A stretch of 63,697 nt of DNA, the filler included, from Olpidium bornovanus S191 (lineage: Eukaryota > Fungi > Olpidiomycota), in assembly GCA_017911155.1 (NCBI GenBank). It is 27 parts of 27 records of this genome, joined end to end, with 100 filler letters (N's around TTAATTAATTAA, not from the genome) between each part and the next. Parts side by side here need not be neighbours in the genome. Positions count along the whole stretch, not along the records: positions 47,659 to 49,233 come from JAEFCI010007727.1; positions 49,334 to 50,717 come from JAEFCI010006046.1; positions 50,818 to 53,191 come from JAEFCI010002745.1; positions 53,292 to 56,822 come from JAEFCI010010171.1; positions 56,923 to 58,649 come from JAEFCI010010944.1; positions 58,750 to 60,903 come from JAEFCI010003821.1; 21 more parts are not named here. One strand, written 5' to 3'. This document shows, in pieces, positions 48,942-60,830 of the stretch (within the stretch, counting starts at the first letter, position 1; every line of letters starts with the position of its first letter). Both the position numbers and the translations under genes were made by a program. The notes below the pieces were generated by a model. The model made no database searches and was not told where the DNA came from. It saw only the letters and a program-made list of their open reading frames with translations.

Positions 48942-49062
48942 TTCCCCCTTCCCCGGCCCCCCTCCGTTTCCCACCCGACGGATTTGGACTACTTGTTATC
49001 TCGCTCAACCGGTCCCGTCGGTTCGATTTCGTCGTTAGGAAAAGGACATCATGGCCAAATGA
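47659..49062 (+). CDS. LTA4H: Leukotriene A4 hydrolase / M1 leucine aminopeptidase, C-terminal exons
   Basis: KGFNLLYHLEDVVGGPAVFEPY..YFQRF / KVDWNAWFDAPGM / NSEIRFAW / EQGRMKFVRPLY / FYHPIAATMI / EKDIMAK*. Confidence 0.93.
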
Positions 49063-49333
49063 AAAGCTCCCAACAACGCCGGCAGATCAAAAAGCAACCC
49101 GGCGGGAAGCACATTCGTACTCCGTGACGGCACCCCCCCCCCACACCCCCTCCCCGCGCCCGCCGTAAAAAATTTCCGCATGTTTTCCGTTCTTGTCCGT
49201 AAAGAAAAATCAAAACGAAGCAGGCTCCCAAACNNNNNNNNNNNNNNNNNNNNNNNNNNNNNNNNNNNNNNNNNNNNTTAATTAATTAANNNNNNNNNNN
49301 NNNNNNNNNNNNNNNNNNNNNNNNNNNNNNNNN

Positions 49334-49688
49334 CATGAAATCGGCGGTCGACACGATTATCATCGCGGACGTGCTGTGCGTGTCCTCGCATCACGAGACC
49401 CAAACTTACGTCCCATTAGCGCTCCAGTATTCCCACGCTAACACGAAGTTGAACTTTTTTACTTTTTTTTTGGTTTCCTTTAGGTACAATTGCGACGCGC
49501 ACGACGCGCTCATTGATACGATATTGGCGCTCAGCGACGCAGAAACGGACATAATCTTAGCGTACAAGCGCCGTCACGGTAGCGAGGGCGCTGTATGGGA
49601 AAAGTTTAAGTGCAAAGGCCTGTCGAAACGCGAATTGCGGCGTTTCGGTGAAATGTGTGTATTTCTGATGAAAAAAACGTCGGCGTGA
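49334..49688 (+). CDS. METTL21/Efm6-like protein-lysine methyltransferase, C-terminal part
   Basis: DTIIIAD/(V)YNCDAHDALIDTILALSDAETDIILAYKRRH resembles the DxxY and following LAYKxRH region of this family. Confidence 0.7.
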
Positions 49689-51078
49689 AATTCGCTACCT
49701 CTCGGCGTATGTGGGGTACCGCAGCACGGCACTGTGGAAAGTCCCCGTTAACCAGAGCTGATGTCTCGAAAATATGATGGGCGTAAGTATAAATATTGGA
49801 GGGAAAGATCAAAATGGAAAAAAAAATGAAAATGATAGCGTGTGTAGAAAAAGCTGCCGGATATGGCGAGGCGTATAAATGCCGGATCATTACCGGAATC
49901 TCACCGCGCAGCCGGATGAACTCTTGCGGGGCGGGCGCAGGCAAATTCAATTATTTTAGAGCTCAGCAAACGATCCGATCGAGTCAAGCCCGTCCTCGCG
50001 TCGGAAACCTGTTTAGCCTGCCGACGACTCCCCGCCTCCAGTTCGCGCTGAATCCTTTCGTCGCGCCTAACTTCCATCACGCCTGGCGGGGAAATTTTGA
50101 ATGGTGGTTTTTTTTTCCCGTTTCGTCGGAAAAAGGTCGCGGGAGATCAGTCCTCGGAAGCTTCGAGATTTGGACGAGACATGTTCGCGGAACGGGACGG
50201 GCCCGGGCCTCAGTTGGCGCCTTTTTTTTTGCGCGCTCCAGTGTATCCTTCCCCCCCGCGCCCCTTCGTGTTTAGCGATCGACTCTCTTTCTCTCTTCCG
50301 GTCTTTGCTGTTCAACGGGATTTTTGCCGGCTTCACGTGACCAGCGCCGGGTCAGTTTTCCAGGGTTCTTTTTTGCAAAAGGGGTAAAGTGCGAGGGACG
50401 CTGGATGACGGCTCCGTAGCAGCCTGCCAATAACGTTGCTCTTCGCCCCGTTGTGCTACGTAGGCGGGGAGCCCAGGATTACGGAATCGGGCAAGGTTTT
50501 CCAGGATGAGGCCTATCAACTGTGATCAGCGAGTTTGGACGCGCGGATCCCCCCTTTGGTTCTGATTGGAAATGGCACCGGAACTCAACTGATGAGCTCC
50601 GTTCTGCTCATTTCCTGTGCGTCCCAAGGTAAGATCAACGGCGCGCTTGCTTCCGGCTGGAAAAATGGGATCAGGAGGCAACGGCGCCCAAAGGATGGAA
50701 GGAAAAAAAAAAGGAGGNNNNNNNNNNNNNNNNNNNNNNNNNNNNNNNNNNNNNNNNNNNNTTAATTAATTAANNNNNNNNNNNNNNNNNNNNNNNNNNN
50801 NNNNNNNNNNNNNNNNNCATGTTCAAAACCTGGAATACCTGACGGGAAATCGCGGGCGCCTGGAAGCGCGTCGACTGCGCCCGGAAGCGCGTCGACTGTC
50901 TTCCAAAACACCTATATCTACGGAAGAGCCTGCTACCACACGAGTGATAGAGCTTACCAATGGAAGGGGAGGGGAGAGGAATAATCTATTTGTTTCTCTA
51001 TCTGCCGGCTTCGTTTACTCGCCTTGTTGGCGTCCAGGAACGCGTGTTTACGACGCGGACTGCGCGGTGCCACGGCCG

Positions 51079-51870
51079 TCAGGCAACCCCTTCTAACTGC
51101 CTTATCTGTTCCAGCTTCGGCTTGTTGGCGTCCAAAAAGGCCCGCAGTTTCCCTTGTTCTTGTTTCACGACCACGTCGGCTTTCCGGAGATCATCCACGG
51201 AATTCCGCAAGGCTCTATTGGTCTGGGCCAACTTGGCCATCAACCCCGGGACTGCGTTCTGGCCGCCGACGACGTTGACAGTAGCCTGCAACTCTGCCGA
51301 CGTTTGCTGCCGGGTGGCCCGGAGTGACGAAACAGATTTGTCTGCTGCCTTATACGCCTTCTCGGCCTGGACCAACTTCAAGGCCTGACTATCGAAGCCT
51401 GCTCTGTACTCCGCCTTCAGCTGGCTCAGTAAGGGCAAGGCCTTCCGCAGGGCGACATTGGCCGCGGACGCCTTGGCGGTGAGCTTCGCGACATTGGCGG
51501 TTCCTCCGGTGCGGATGGAAGCCTGGAGCTCAGCCTGGGCCGCTTTCAATGCGGCGCGGAGTTCCGCAATGGATTTGCCTTTTCCGGTTTGCACCAGCCC
51601 CTGCTGGACATTGTGCGCCCCGGAGACGGGCAACTTCAGATCCTGGACCACTTTGGAGCCATGTTTAACATTGTCCAGCTCCTTCGTCGTCTGCTCCAGC
51701 GTCTTCTTCAGCACCGTTCCAGTCAAGGCGAACACGCTTCGTCTGACAAACGTGTGCGCGGCGGCCGAAACGGCCGCCGCTGAAGCGCCTTCCGCGAAAC
51801 ACCCGCCGCAGCACAGCGCGGCCACAGCCAGCAGCACAGCGCAAAGCGTGAGACGGGAGGACATAATCAT
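51079..51870 (-). CDS. Intronless secreted Ala/Lys/Gln-rich alpha-helical protein, unknown family
   Basis: Signal peptide MIMSSRLTLCAVLLAVAALCCGGCFA; about 260-aa ORF with strong coding-like GC3; TATATATA about 175 bp upstream. Confidence 0.75.
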   Translation of the reverse strand: MIMSSRLTLCAVLLAVAALCCGGCFAEGASAAAVSAAAHTFVRRSVFALTGTVLKKTLEQTTKELDNVKHGSKVVQDLKLPVSGAHNVQQGLVQTGKGKSIAELRAALKAAQAELQASIRTGGTANVAKLTAKASAANVALRKALPLLSQLKAEYRAGFDSQALKLVQAEKAYKAADKSVSSLRATRQQTSAELQATVNVVGGQNAVPGLMAKLAQTNRALRNSVDDLRKADVVVKQEQGKLRAFLDANKPKLEQIRQLEGVA

Positions 51871-52640
51871 TACGGAGGGAAAAAAGAAGTGGCAGGAGGG
51901 GGGGGTGCTCTCGGCTTGAGTAGGCGCCACTGCAGGGCGGGCGGGGCGAGCGGGCTGCCGGCGAGATTAGGCCCCACTGGGGGCGGAAACAAATATTATA
52001 TGGGGAAGGGGAGTTAGGTTTGGCCATCGGGGGTGAAACGCAGTATATATAATAACGGCGGTCGCGTAACCAATAAGCAAGGGCCGGCATGACGAGGAAG
52101 ACTTTGCCGATCCGCAGTTATGGTCGTTGGGGCGGGGAGTAGGGTGCAGCGCCCAGGCGGCGTGGGCGCGGGGACACGTGGGCCCGTGCGCATGCGAGTG
52201 AGTGCGCGAGTGGGGGTGGGGACTCGGGGGTGCCAGCAGAGCTCGCGCGCGCCTGATTGGCTGGCCTTGCAAATTCGGCCGCCTCCGAGCGGGCCAATCG
52301 GCACCGCCCAAACCGAGCTATCATCATGGGGGGGGCGGGGGGCATGCGTGCTGCCGCAGGCGGCGCACGTGGGCGCGTGCGTGTGCAGTTTGAGTTTGTC
52401 GGGCGGAGACTCGGATGCCCGGCGCCGCGGGGAGCAGAGCTCGCGCGCGTCTAATTTGCTGGCCCGCCCAAACGGCCGCCGCCAAGCAAACAATCAGCAC
52501 CTCCCAAACCGGCCAATCATCCTGTCAGTCCAAACGGTCGAGAGCCTCCCGGCACGCCCGCCACCCGAAGGTCGGACCCTTCCCTGCCGCACATTAAAGG
52601 CCGAGCGCCCGGTCCTTCCGTACAACCCTCACCAAAAAAC

Positions 52641-52784
52641 ACCAACACACCTGTTCATATCCCACACCCACCAACACTCCTGTTCATATCCCACACCCAC
52701 CAACACTCTTGTTCATATCCCAAACCTCTAGTGAGTTGGCCTGTGGCCGTCCCGACCTGCTCTACCCGTCCCGACCTGCTCTAC
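52641..52784. repeat. Promoter minisatellites: 29-bp x3 (52641-52726) and 19-bp x2 (52747-52784)
   Basis: ACCAACAC(A/T)C(C/T)TGTTCATATCCCA(C/A)ACC three times; CCGTCCCGACCTGCTCTAC twice. Confidence 0.9.
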
Positions 52785-52846
52785 CCGCCGCGGTTTTGTG
52801 GTTTTCCTAACCCTCCAAACATTTTTTTTTTCTCTCTAGCAACAAC

Positions 52847-53191
52847 ATGAAAGTCGCCATCAGCTTCATCTTTTCCGCCCTGGCTCTTGCAGCCACTGCG
52901 AGCGCGCAGGTGGAGGGAACTATATCGAACGGTCAGTTCTGCCCGGACAGGGGTAACAACGGAGAGTCGTGCTTTGTCTCGCCGGAGGAGCAACTTCCCG
53001 CCGGCTGCCGTTGCCGCGCGCAGAGGGCCGGCGACGTCGTCTCGCCGCCAATCGGTGCCAATATCAAGCCCCCTCCCGAGGTCGGACCCGGCCAGACCCT
53101 CGGCCAGATCCAGCGCGGCAGATTCTTCCCTGATCGGGGAACCAACGGCGAGTCGTGCTTCGTTTCGCCGGAGCAGCAGCTCCCCCCGGGC
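52847..53191 (+). CDS. Secreted Cys-containing repeat protein, 3'-truncated
   Basis: Signal peptide MKVAISFIFSALALAATASA; repeated module GQFCPDRGNNGESCFVSPEEQLPAG / GRFFPDRGTNGESCFVSPEQQLPPG. Confidence 0.8.
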
Positions 53192-53291
53192 NNNNNNNNN
53201 NNNNNNNNNNNNNNNNNNNNNNNNNNNNNNNNNNNTTAATTAATTAANNNNNNNNNNNNNNNNNNNNNNNNNNNNNNNNNNNNNNNNNNNN

Positions 53292-53909
53292 ATGCCAGCA
53301 GCCTCTTCATGCCGACAAAAGCCGCCGTCCGCACAACGTCAAGCCTGTCCTCAGCGTTGAGCACGAACTCGCCGGCCTTCTTTCTCAGTTCACATGCCGT
53401 TTCCTCGGCATTATGTACAAACTCGCCAGCCCTCTTACGAACGTCCTCAAGTCGGTGCTCGGCGCTTGACACAAACTCGGCGGCGCCTTTCCGGGCGGCG
53501 TCGCGCACGGACGTAATGTTCTCCTCGGCCGAGTACACCAAGCTGCTCGCCGCCTGGCGTGCATTATTTATGTGCGCTTCGGCCGAGTGTGCGAAGCCGC
53601 TGGCAGCCTTGAAAGCCGAATCCCTTGCTGTCTTCGCAAACAAAGAAACCAGCGGAGAGGCCGAGAAGCACCCCGGCAATTTTCGGGCGCGGTCAATTCG
53701 TCGGCCGGCTACCGAGATGGCGCGCGCCCGAAACGCTGCTACAAGTCGGTCCAGCCGCACCAGGCAGCGGCTCGGTGACAAAACGTACCCGACTCGGCGG
53801 ACCAGCTGTCGCCGGCGGACGCCAGCCGCCGCCTGAGACCCGCGAGCGCCGCAGGCGAGAGCGTCGGGCTGGCGTCCGACGCCGACTCGCCGTCATTGCA
53901 TAGCGACAT
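53292..53909 (-). CDS. Protein with 18-aa amphipathic repeats; possibly the N-terminus of an IZH/PAQR (haemolysin-III-like) membrane protein; 3'-truncated
   Basis: ATG 53909 (MSLCNDGES...LRRR) splices in phase via GTACGT...TTGTAG to repeats EFVxxAExxLxxVRK. It ends at KRLLA at the contig edge, resembling the RLLxYxELP entry to the PAQR domain (inference). Confidence 0.5.
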
Positions 53910-54258
53910 GCCCGCCGGGGCGGGGGAGAGGGGGAAGGGAGGGGGAGAGCGGGGCTCCGTTTCCGCGAGGCGCCCGGTTCACGAAGTGCCCGACAACACG
54001 TCGCGGCGGGAAGAGAGCACCTGGCGGAGGCACCACGGAGGGAAGAAACGGCAGAAGTGGCATGCGCGACGAGAGCCCCGCGTCTCTGAGGCGGCGGCGG
54101 ATGTTGTGTGTTTGACGCCCTTCCCGCCGGTCGGTTCGTGACAGCGGGAATGCGGGGTCGGGGCTGCGGGTGGCCCGCGGGAGAAAGAGGCGGCCGTCTC
54201 GTCTCCGGGACCTGCCCCGCCGCCCTTGCGACAACCCTCGGGGCCCCCGTTTCCCGTG

Positions 54259-54296
54259 CAACAGCAGCAACAGCAGCAGCAGCAGCAGCAGCAGCA
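54259..54296. repeat. (CAG/CAA)n microsatellite
   Basis: About 12 CAG/CAA triplets. Confidence 0.85.
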
Positions 54297-57150
54297 TCCT
54301 CGTCCGATCCCGCCAGAACGAACCCCCGCCCCGCAGAAGACGCACGCACGCCACCCCCGCTTCCTGCCGCACGCGACCCCGTCCTTTTCCTGCACGAATT
54401 CCCTCAAACAAACAAACAAAAAAAAACTAGGAGTTAACGGGATACCAGTTCTGCCACCACCACTGCAACGACAGGGGCGCCTTTCCCACAGTGGGAGGGC
54501 GGTGGCTACACTGACTTAATGTCGCACATGTCCACGCACTGCACCCCCTTTCCTTTAACGCCTTACTCATACGCATGTCCCGACTGGGACCCACGAGAGT
54601 GCCACTGCCGACCTCCAAGCTTGAAACCCCCATGGGAGTGCCCCCCGATGCCCTCTATGCCTCCGGCCTCTGTGCCAGGACAGACCGCATTGTCATGGTT
54701 CCCGCTTACGGGACGATCCGCCTCAGACCGTGAAGCGATAAAGGGTCTATATGCGAACGTCCCGAAGTACTCCGGGAATGTGGCGCCGTCCCGTTCCGCA
54801 ACTATACATCCAAGCTTGAATTATACTTGCGGTGCCCGAGCATTCCCTCAAGGTGGAGCTTGCCATGGCTTCAGCCCTTTTAAGGTGGGATGATCTCGAA
54901 TTCTGGCTGCACAAGGAGAAAAAACTATCCGCCCTGATAAACCAATTGTAAAATTTTTCTCTTGCCCGCCGATTTGAGAACTGTACGTTTGAAAGCCTCC
55001 ACTTGCCGGCTCAAAAATTACGATACAATGGCAGAGTGCAATAGCGGGTTCAAACTACTCGCTTTTCAGCGCCTCTTGGTGGGGAACGCTTCCGCGCGGA
55101 CCGGATTTGTGGATCGGTAGTGCTGCCATTCGTCCTGACGCCTGGTGTCTTGACGCCCTTCAACCCGACTGCTTTTTAATTCGTTTGCGAAGCGCTCTTC
55201 AGAGCACCTCCACCAAAACTGGCGCGCTTGCCGCCAACACCGGTGCACCTACCGCCATAGCTGGCGCGCTTATTGGAACTTCTGCTGAAGCCAGCGGGTC
55301 GCCGGGGTGCGCGCCAATGTGCTTGCCGGTGCGGTTGCCGAAGCTGATGCGTCCTCCAGTGTGCTTTCTGATTTCTGACGTGCTCTTCGATGAGCCCTCA
55401 CCCGGTAAGCTGTGCGGCCTCCCCGGGGTGGGTCATCAAATGAATTCGCACTTCCACCTCACCAAAGAAAACCAAAACAACCCTCACGACGACGACGACG
55501 AAGACGACGCTACCAAGGATCACGTCTCTCAGTCTGGTCACAGCTTTGTTCATTCGCAACCTCGGCTCAGATGGAAGGCAGAGGAAGCATCGGATCAAAA
55601 ATCTCTTTAACACGGATCCGCCACACCTCGACTCCATTGACTATGCTCAATGACTGGTCCTTCGTCACTGTGACAGCAAAAAAAAAGCCGCGGGGTAGGC
55701 TGCCCGGGCGGTCAAGGGTTCCTCGAAAAGTACTACGCCTCATGCGGAGCAGACCGTGGCACAGAAAGGTGACCAACTCGAATAAGCGGGCACAAATTCC
55801 GGGAGCCGGGAAGAGCTTTCCCACCGTACTATCTGCGGGGTTGACACCAAGCATTGGTATTCCGCTTACCCCATCATCACGGAGCACCACAATACTGCGC
55901 AATCCCGACTGTTACGCCGTCCTCTTTTGCAACAGAAGCCCGTCCCGGAAAGTTCGGCTGCGCCAATCGGAAGGTCACGTGACCTTATCACCAGACAGAT
56001 TTTCAAAAACCTACGCGACAACGGGAAAGCGCAACGGTGCGGTATCAGCATGTCGGCGGGGAGCCAACCGGACGGAACAAATAACTTGCCATGGCGCGAG
56101 CGCGGCACCCGCGGCGCGCGTGAGGTTTAATTCGTCGCGGTTTAATGCGATTGCCGCAAGCTTGCCTTGAGATTTCCGTTTCTAAAGTCATCCGGGAAAT
56201 TTCGGCCTTCGTGCGGCGAGCGCGACTTCAGCGCTGAGAGCGGGGCGACCGCTCTCGCGCTGGAAACGGAACGGAAGGCGGCGGCGTTTTGCCCCTCACC
56301 CAGTGGGCACCCCCCCCCCCCCCCCCCCCCCCCGGGGCCCCCCCCCCCCCCCCCCCGGCAGCAGAGTTCTCTGCACGCTGCATGGGCCGCGCAATTAACC
56401 GATTGCTTGGCCGGAAGGATTGGATGTTGTAAATTTCGTTGGCACGTCTGACGGGGATTGTTCCCACCTGGCGGGGTTGCAAGCACTCGAGCGCGTTTGT
56501 TGTCATCGACGGGCTGCCGGGTACAGAGAAGCGCGACTTTCCCACCTTAAGATGCCAGCTCAGAGTGCGGAAGCCGGGAGATTGGGAAAGTCACTTGCGG
56601 CTTGCGCCTCGCACGTGGATGCGGCGAACTCTTTGCACATCCATCGCGGTGGCCAGCTTTTCCCAGTGGTAAATCGAAACTGTGTTTAGGTTGGTGGACA
56701 CCATGCGCTCGAAAATATTGCCCTGGGAATTGGCCCGCCAAAAGCCGAACGCCAACTGCGGTAAACAGGGTTGTCTGGAAGCCACATATATAACAACCTC
56801 AGTCCGCTGCTCCTTTCACCCANNNNNNNNNNNNNNNNNNNNNNNNNNNNNNNNNNNNNNNNNNNNTTAATTAATTAANNNNNNNNNNNNNNNNNNNNNN
56901 NNNNNNNNNNNNNNNNNNNNNNCATGTTAGCCAAGCATCGGATGAAGTTTCATATCTGTGCAAGGCCGAACAGCCACGTAAAGCCTAACCCAAGGGAGAA
57001 CCGGAAAAGATGTGACCTAGGGCTTACACGCCAGTTGACGGCGTGGGTTATGCGCTAAAAAGACAGGGGAATAGTATAGGAGGGTGCGAAGAACAAGAAT
57101 AAGTGACCAGCCTTTGCCGAGGGCGACAGACTCGAGAATCAAAATCATTT

Positions 57151-58565
57151 TCACTGAGTACTAGTCCCGAATATGTGCTTTCCCCGTTGTACGAAGGTGG
57201 TCATCCCTGATCCAGAGCCAATAACGCCGACCTGCGGGAGCGCGCACGAAAAAAAAACCGGGAACGCGAGAGGATGTGCATTAGTGTGATATTTCGCAAT
57301 TTTGGGATTTCCGACGCAAAACAGATAACAGGCAAAGACGGATGATAACAACGTCCAAAGTGTGAAGGGGCTGGTAGTCGGCTGGCGAAAGAGAAGAAGG
57401 GAAAGCCTCTGTTTAGGATCCAATTTTCAGCCAAGCAGACAAAAGCGAAATGCTACAGATCGATCACTGTTTTCTCGCTTATCTTCAGCCAGCCTCATGC
57501 AGGAGGGGCCAACAATTTTGGCACTGCCGCCTCGGGTGCTCGAGCATCCTCGTCCTCCTCCGTTGCGACATTGACGTTCCGGTCAAAAAAGCCGTCCAGC
57601 ACTAAAGCCGTTTAGTACCAAGTGGGAGACATTGTCGCAGATGACAAACGGCATTCCCGGCAATAACGAAGATTGTCCCGCACTCAGGCAGAGGAAGAAA
57701 ATGTACGAAGGGAGGGGAACGCAAGTTGCACACCCCGAGGACCAAGCCGCTTAAAATGCTTTACCTTCGCGTTTGGGTTATCCGGCGTTGAGAACATGGA
57801 CTTCTTGCTGAGGAGCGAGGCTTTCTTGCCGTGGGGGGCCTTGGGCCCTTTCTTTGCGAAGCTCAGCCAGGCGTTCTGCTTTTCGGCAACCTCCGATTTC
57901 CCCGCCCCCTTCTTTTTCTTCGACTTCTGCTGACTTCCAGCCCCGTTCGCTGCGCCCGGACCGGCCGGGTCGGCAGAGGCCGCGGCGTCTCCAGCGGGGT
58001 TCTCATCGGAGGCCCACCGCTTATACCCGGTCGAGGCCTGCGCGCCGGCGCCGCCGTGGAGGGGCCGCAGGTCGTGGGCGCGGACAAGGGCGACGTCACC
58101 GTACTCGGTGAAGGTGACGCTGTACACGCCGGTTTCGGAGGCGGCGGTGATGAGAGCGTCGTAGAACTTGCCGTCCTGCGACCACCGGGCCTTGCACTTC
58201 TCCCCGACCTTCCACTCCCTGGCTGGCGACGCTCCAACCGGCGAGCGGGCCGGCTGTCCCGGCGCGGTCGGCGAAGCCTGCGCGCCGACCGCCCCGGCGA
58301 CGACGGGCGACGCCCGCGCCCCGTCTGGCGGGGCGGCGTCGGCCGAAGCCGCCGCCGCCCCGCGCCTCCTCTTGTCCGCCTTGGAGGAGGAGGCGGCCTC
58401 TTTCCCTCCCCCGCCGGCACCGGCCCCGCCCCTGGCCATGGCCATGAGGTCGACGAGGTCGGTGAGGTCCTGCTTCAGCTTCAGCAGCTCCGTATTCTCG
58501 GGGTCGTCGACGAGCGCCAGCTCTATCTGCTCGCGCTGCTGCCGGTAAGTCTCGAGCTCGTCCAT
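57151..58565 (-). CDS. SMNDC1: Splicing factor SPF30/SMNDC1 (Tudor domain), complete, 2 exons
   Basis: ELETYRQQREQIELALVDDPENTELLKLKQDL, Tudor WKVGEKCKARWSQDGKFYDALI, QNAWLSF and SMFSTPDNPNAK/VGVIGSGSGMT. Confidence 0.95.
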
Positions 58566-58844
58566 GGCTGCGCGTGTCGCTTTGGAGGCGAGCGGTGGTT
58601 GGGGGGGGCGGCTGGGGTCGGAAGGGTTTGGGGGAGGGGGGGGGGAGGGNNNNNNNNNNNNNNNNNNNNNNNNNNNNNNNNNNNNNNNNNNNNTTAATTA
58701 ATTAANNNNNNNNNNNNNNNNNNNNNNNNNNNNNNNNNNNNNNNNNNNNCATGGCACGTCCCTCACGCACGATCTTCCCGAGAAACGGGGCTGCGTCTGG
58801 CTCTTCGCGCGCGGCAAGTTTCTAAAGCACCCGCACACACCTTC

Positions 58845-60830
58845 TTCCCGTTCACGGTGTGCTGTTCAGATAATTTTTATATATTTTTTTTATTTTGCGC
58901 AACAAAAAGAACAAATGAGAACGGATGGTTTTTGTCATTCCAACAAACCAGAGCCCGAAAGTGGCTAACGACAAAATTTTCTCCTTCTTTTTCTTCATTT
59001 CCTGACGGAAAAAAAAATGCCCGGCGCCGCATTTACCCCCGCGCGCGAGCGCGCGGCGGAGCTGGAAAACATTACCGGGATTTCGTCGATTGGCAGAACC
59101 ACGGCCGGGACGTGCCGAGGACTGAGCTGCGTCCTGATGCGCTTCTTGACGTCGTCCACGAGCTCCGGCGTGAACGCCGCGCGCCCCCCTCGACATTTCA
59201 GGAACAGCACTACGCGCTCGTCCATCATGCCCGGAATGATTTGCCCGACGGCGAGGGAATCTTCGACCGCCGTGAAGGTTTCGACTTGGCCGTGGAAAAA
59301 AGAAAAACGCGGAAACAAACTGTTGAGGGGCCAACAAACCGCAAAGATGGGCGGACGCGACAAAGCTCCCAGGTTTCATCCCACCTCACCCCCCTCTCTT
59401 TTGCATTTTTTTTGCCTCCAAGCGAACACACACACACCCCCCCCCTTTTAATGTACCGATGTTGTATATCTCGGCGCTGCCGAACCGGACGCCTGCCGGG
59501 TTCAGTGTTCCTGTGGAAAAAGAAATAAAAAAAGGTTCCAGCAGGCTTTCGAGGCAAATTCTTTGGACACGTCGCGATAAGCTTCTTTTCGAACCTGAAG
59601 GAAGCGGTAGGACCTCTCACCATCAGATCGGCCAAGCATAACCACACCGCCCGTGTTCGGATTAATCCAGACAAAATCTCCGTGATACCAGACGCCTGCG
59701 GGCGTGATTCCGCCGGATTTGCGATCAAAAAAACGAGCCAAAATTCAGGTGCCTCGGACGCAGGTAGACGCGCGCGGGTCAGAACGCCCGGAAAAGCAAC
59801 AAGCGGCGGCGCGCAAACCGTCGTACCGTCGTACGCGGCGAAGTACGCGTCGCGATACTTGCGGCCGTCGTTGTCGCCGAAGAAGTAGAGCGGCATCGCG
59901 GGGAACGGCTTCGTGCACACCAAGTCGCCGCTCCGGCCGAAAACCGCTTTTCCTTCGTGCGACCAGCTCTCGACTTTCATTCCCAAACATAGGCACTGGA
60001 TCTCCCCGCGATAGACGGGCAGGGAGGTGTTGTGGCCGGCAAAGAGCGAGCAGATGTCGGTGCCGCCCGTTATGGATCCGAGCAGCGCTTTCGGGGCGAC
60101 TTTTTCGTACACATAATCAAACGATTCGGGTTTGAGAGGGGATCCCGTCGAGTAAACGGAATGCAGGGAGGTGAGGCTGTGATGATCCTCTGTGAATTTG
60201 CAAGTGGCACAGTTAGGAGAAGTGTAAACTTTGGGCGTCTCGTTGGACGTCAGCCTAATTTCGTGCAAGCTCACTAGGGCAGTAACCAGTGTCTTGGAGT
60301 GACTGGATGTATTTCGCTGACGTCCCGAACATTGTCACCCTGAGAGGATACGGCGGGACGCTGTTTCAGGGGTTGCATCTCATAGACCATCAACCGGTCG
60401 ATACGCACTTGTGTCGGTCAATGAGATCCCACAGAGCCCCCGGATTTGGCATGAACGGGCTGCCGTCATACAGCACGATGGTCGCGCCGACTGAAAGCGC
60501 GCTGACCATCCAGTTCCACATCATCCATCCTGTGGTCGTGTACTGGAAGAGCACGTCATCGCGCGTCATCCCGCCGTGGATAACGTGCTCCTTCTTGTGT
60601 TGAATCAACATCCCCTGTTTGGCAGATTTCCGTGGTTAGAACCGGCGCTGCAGGTCGCCAGGCATGTGTTCAACCCGGACTAATTACACCCGCGGAATGG
60701 ACAATGCACTTCGGCTTGCCTGCAGAATGCAGAACGGTCAGCGTCGATGTCGCCAACGCGGCGAAAAACAGGCAGGCGAGGTCGTTGCCGTCACGAACCG
60801 GTCGTTCCGGATGAGAAAAGGATGAACAGC
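58845..60830 (-). CDS. AACS: Acetoacetyl-CoA synthetase, multi-exon, partial at both ends
   Basis: [33 protein letters not shown]...[62 protein letters not shown] and TVNGKK. Confidence 0.95.

Noticed and set aside
54519-54893. AIKGLYANVP as a Penelope-type RT motif
   Set aside because: A single short resemblance with no other RT motifs in frame.
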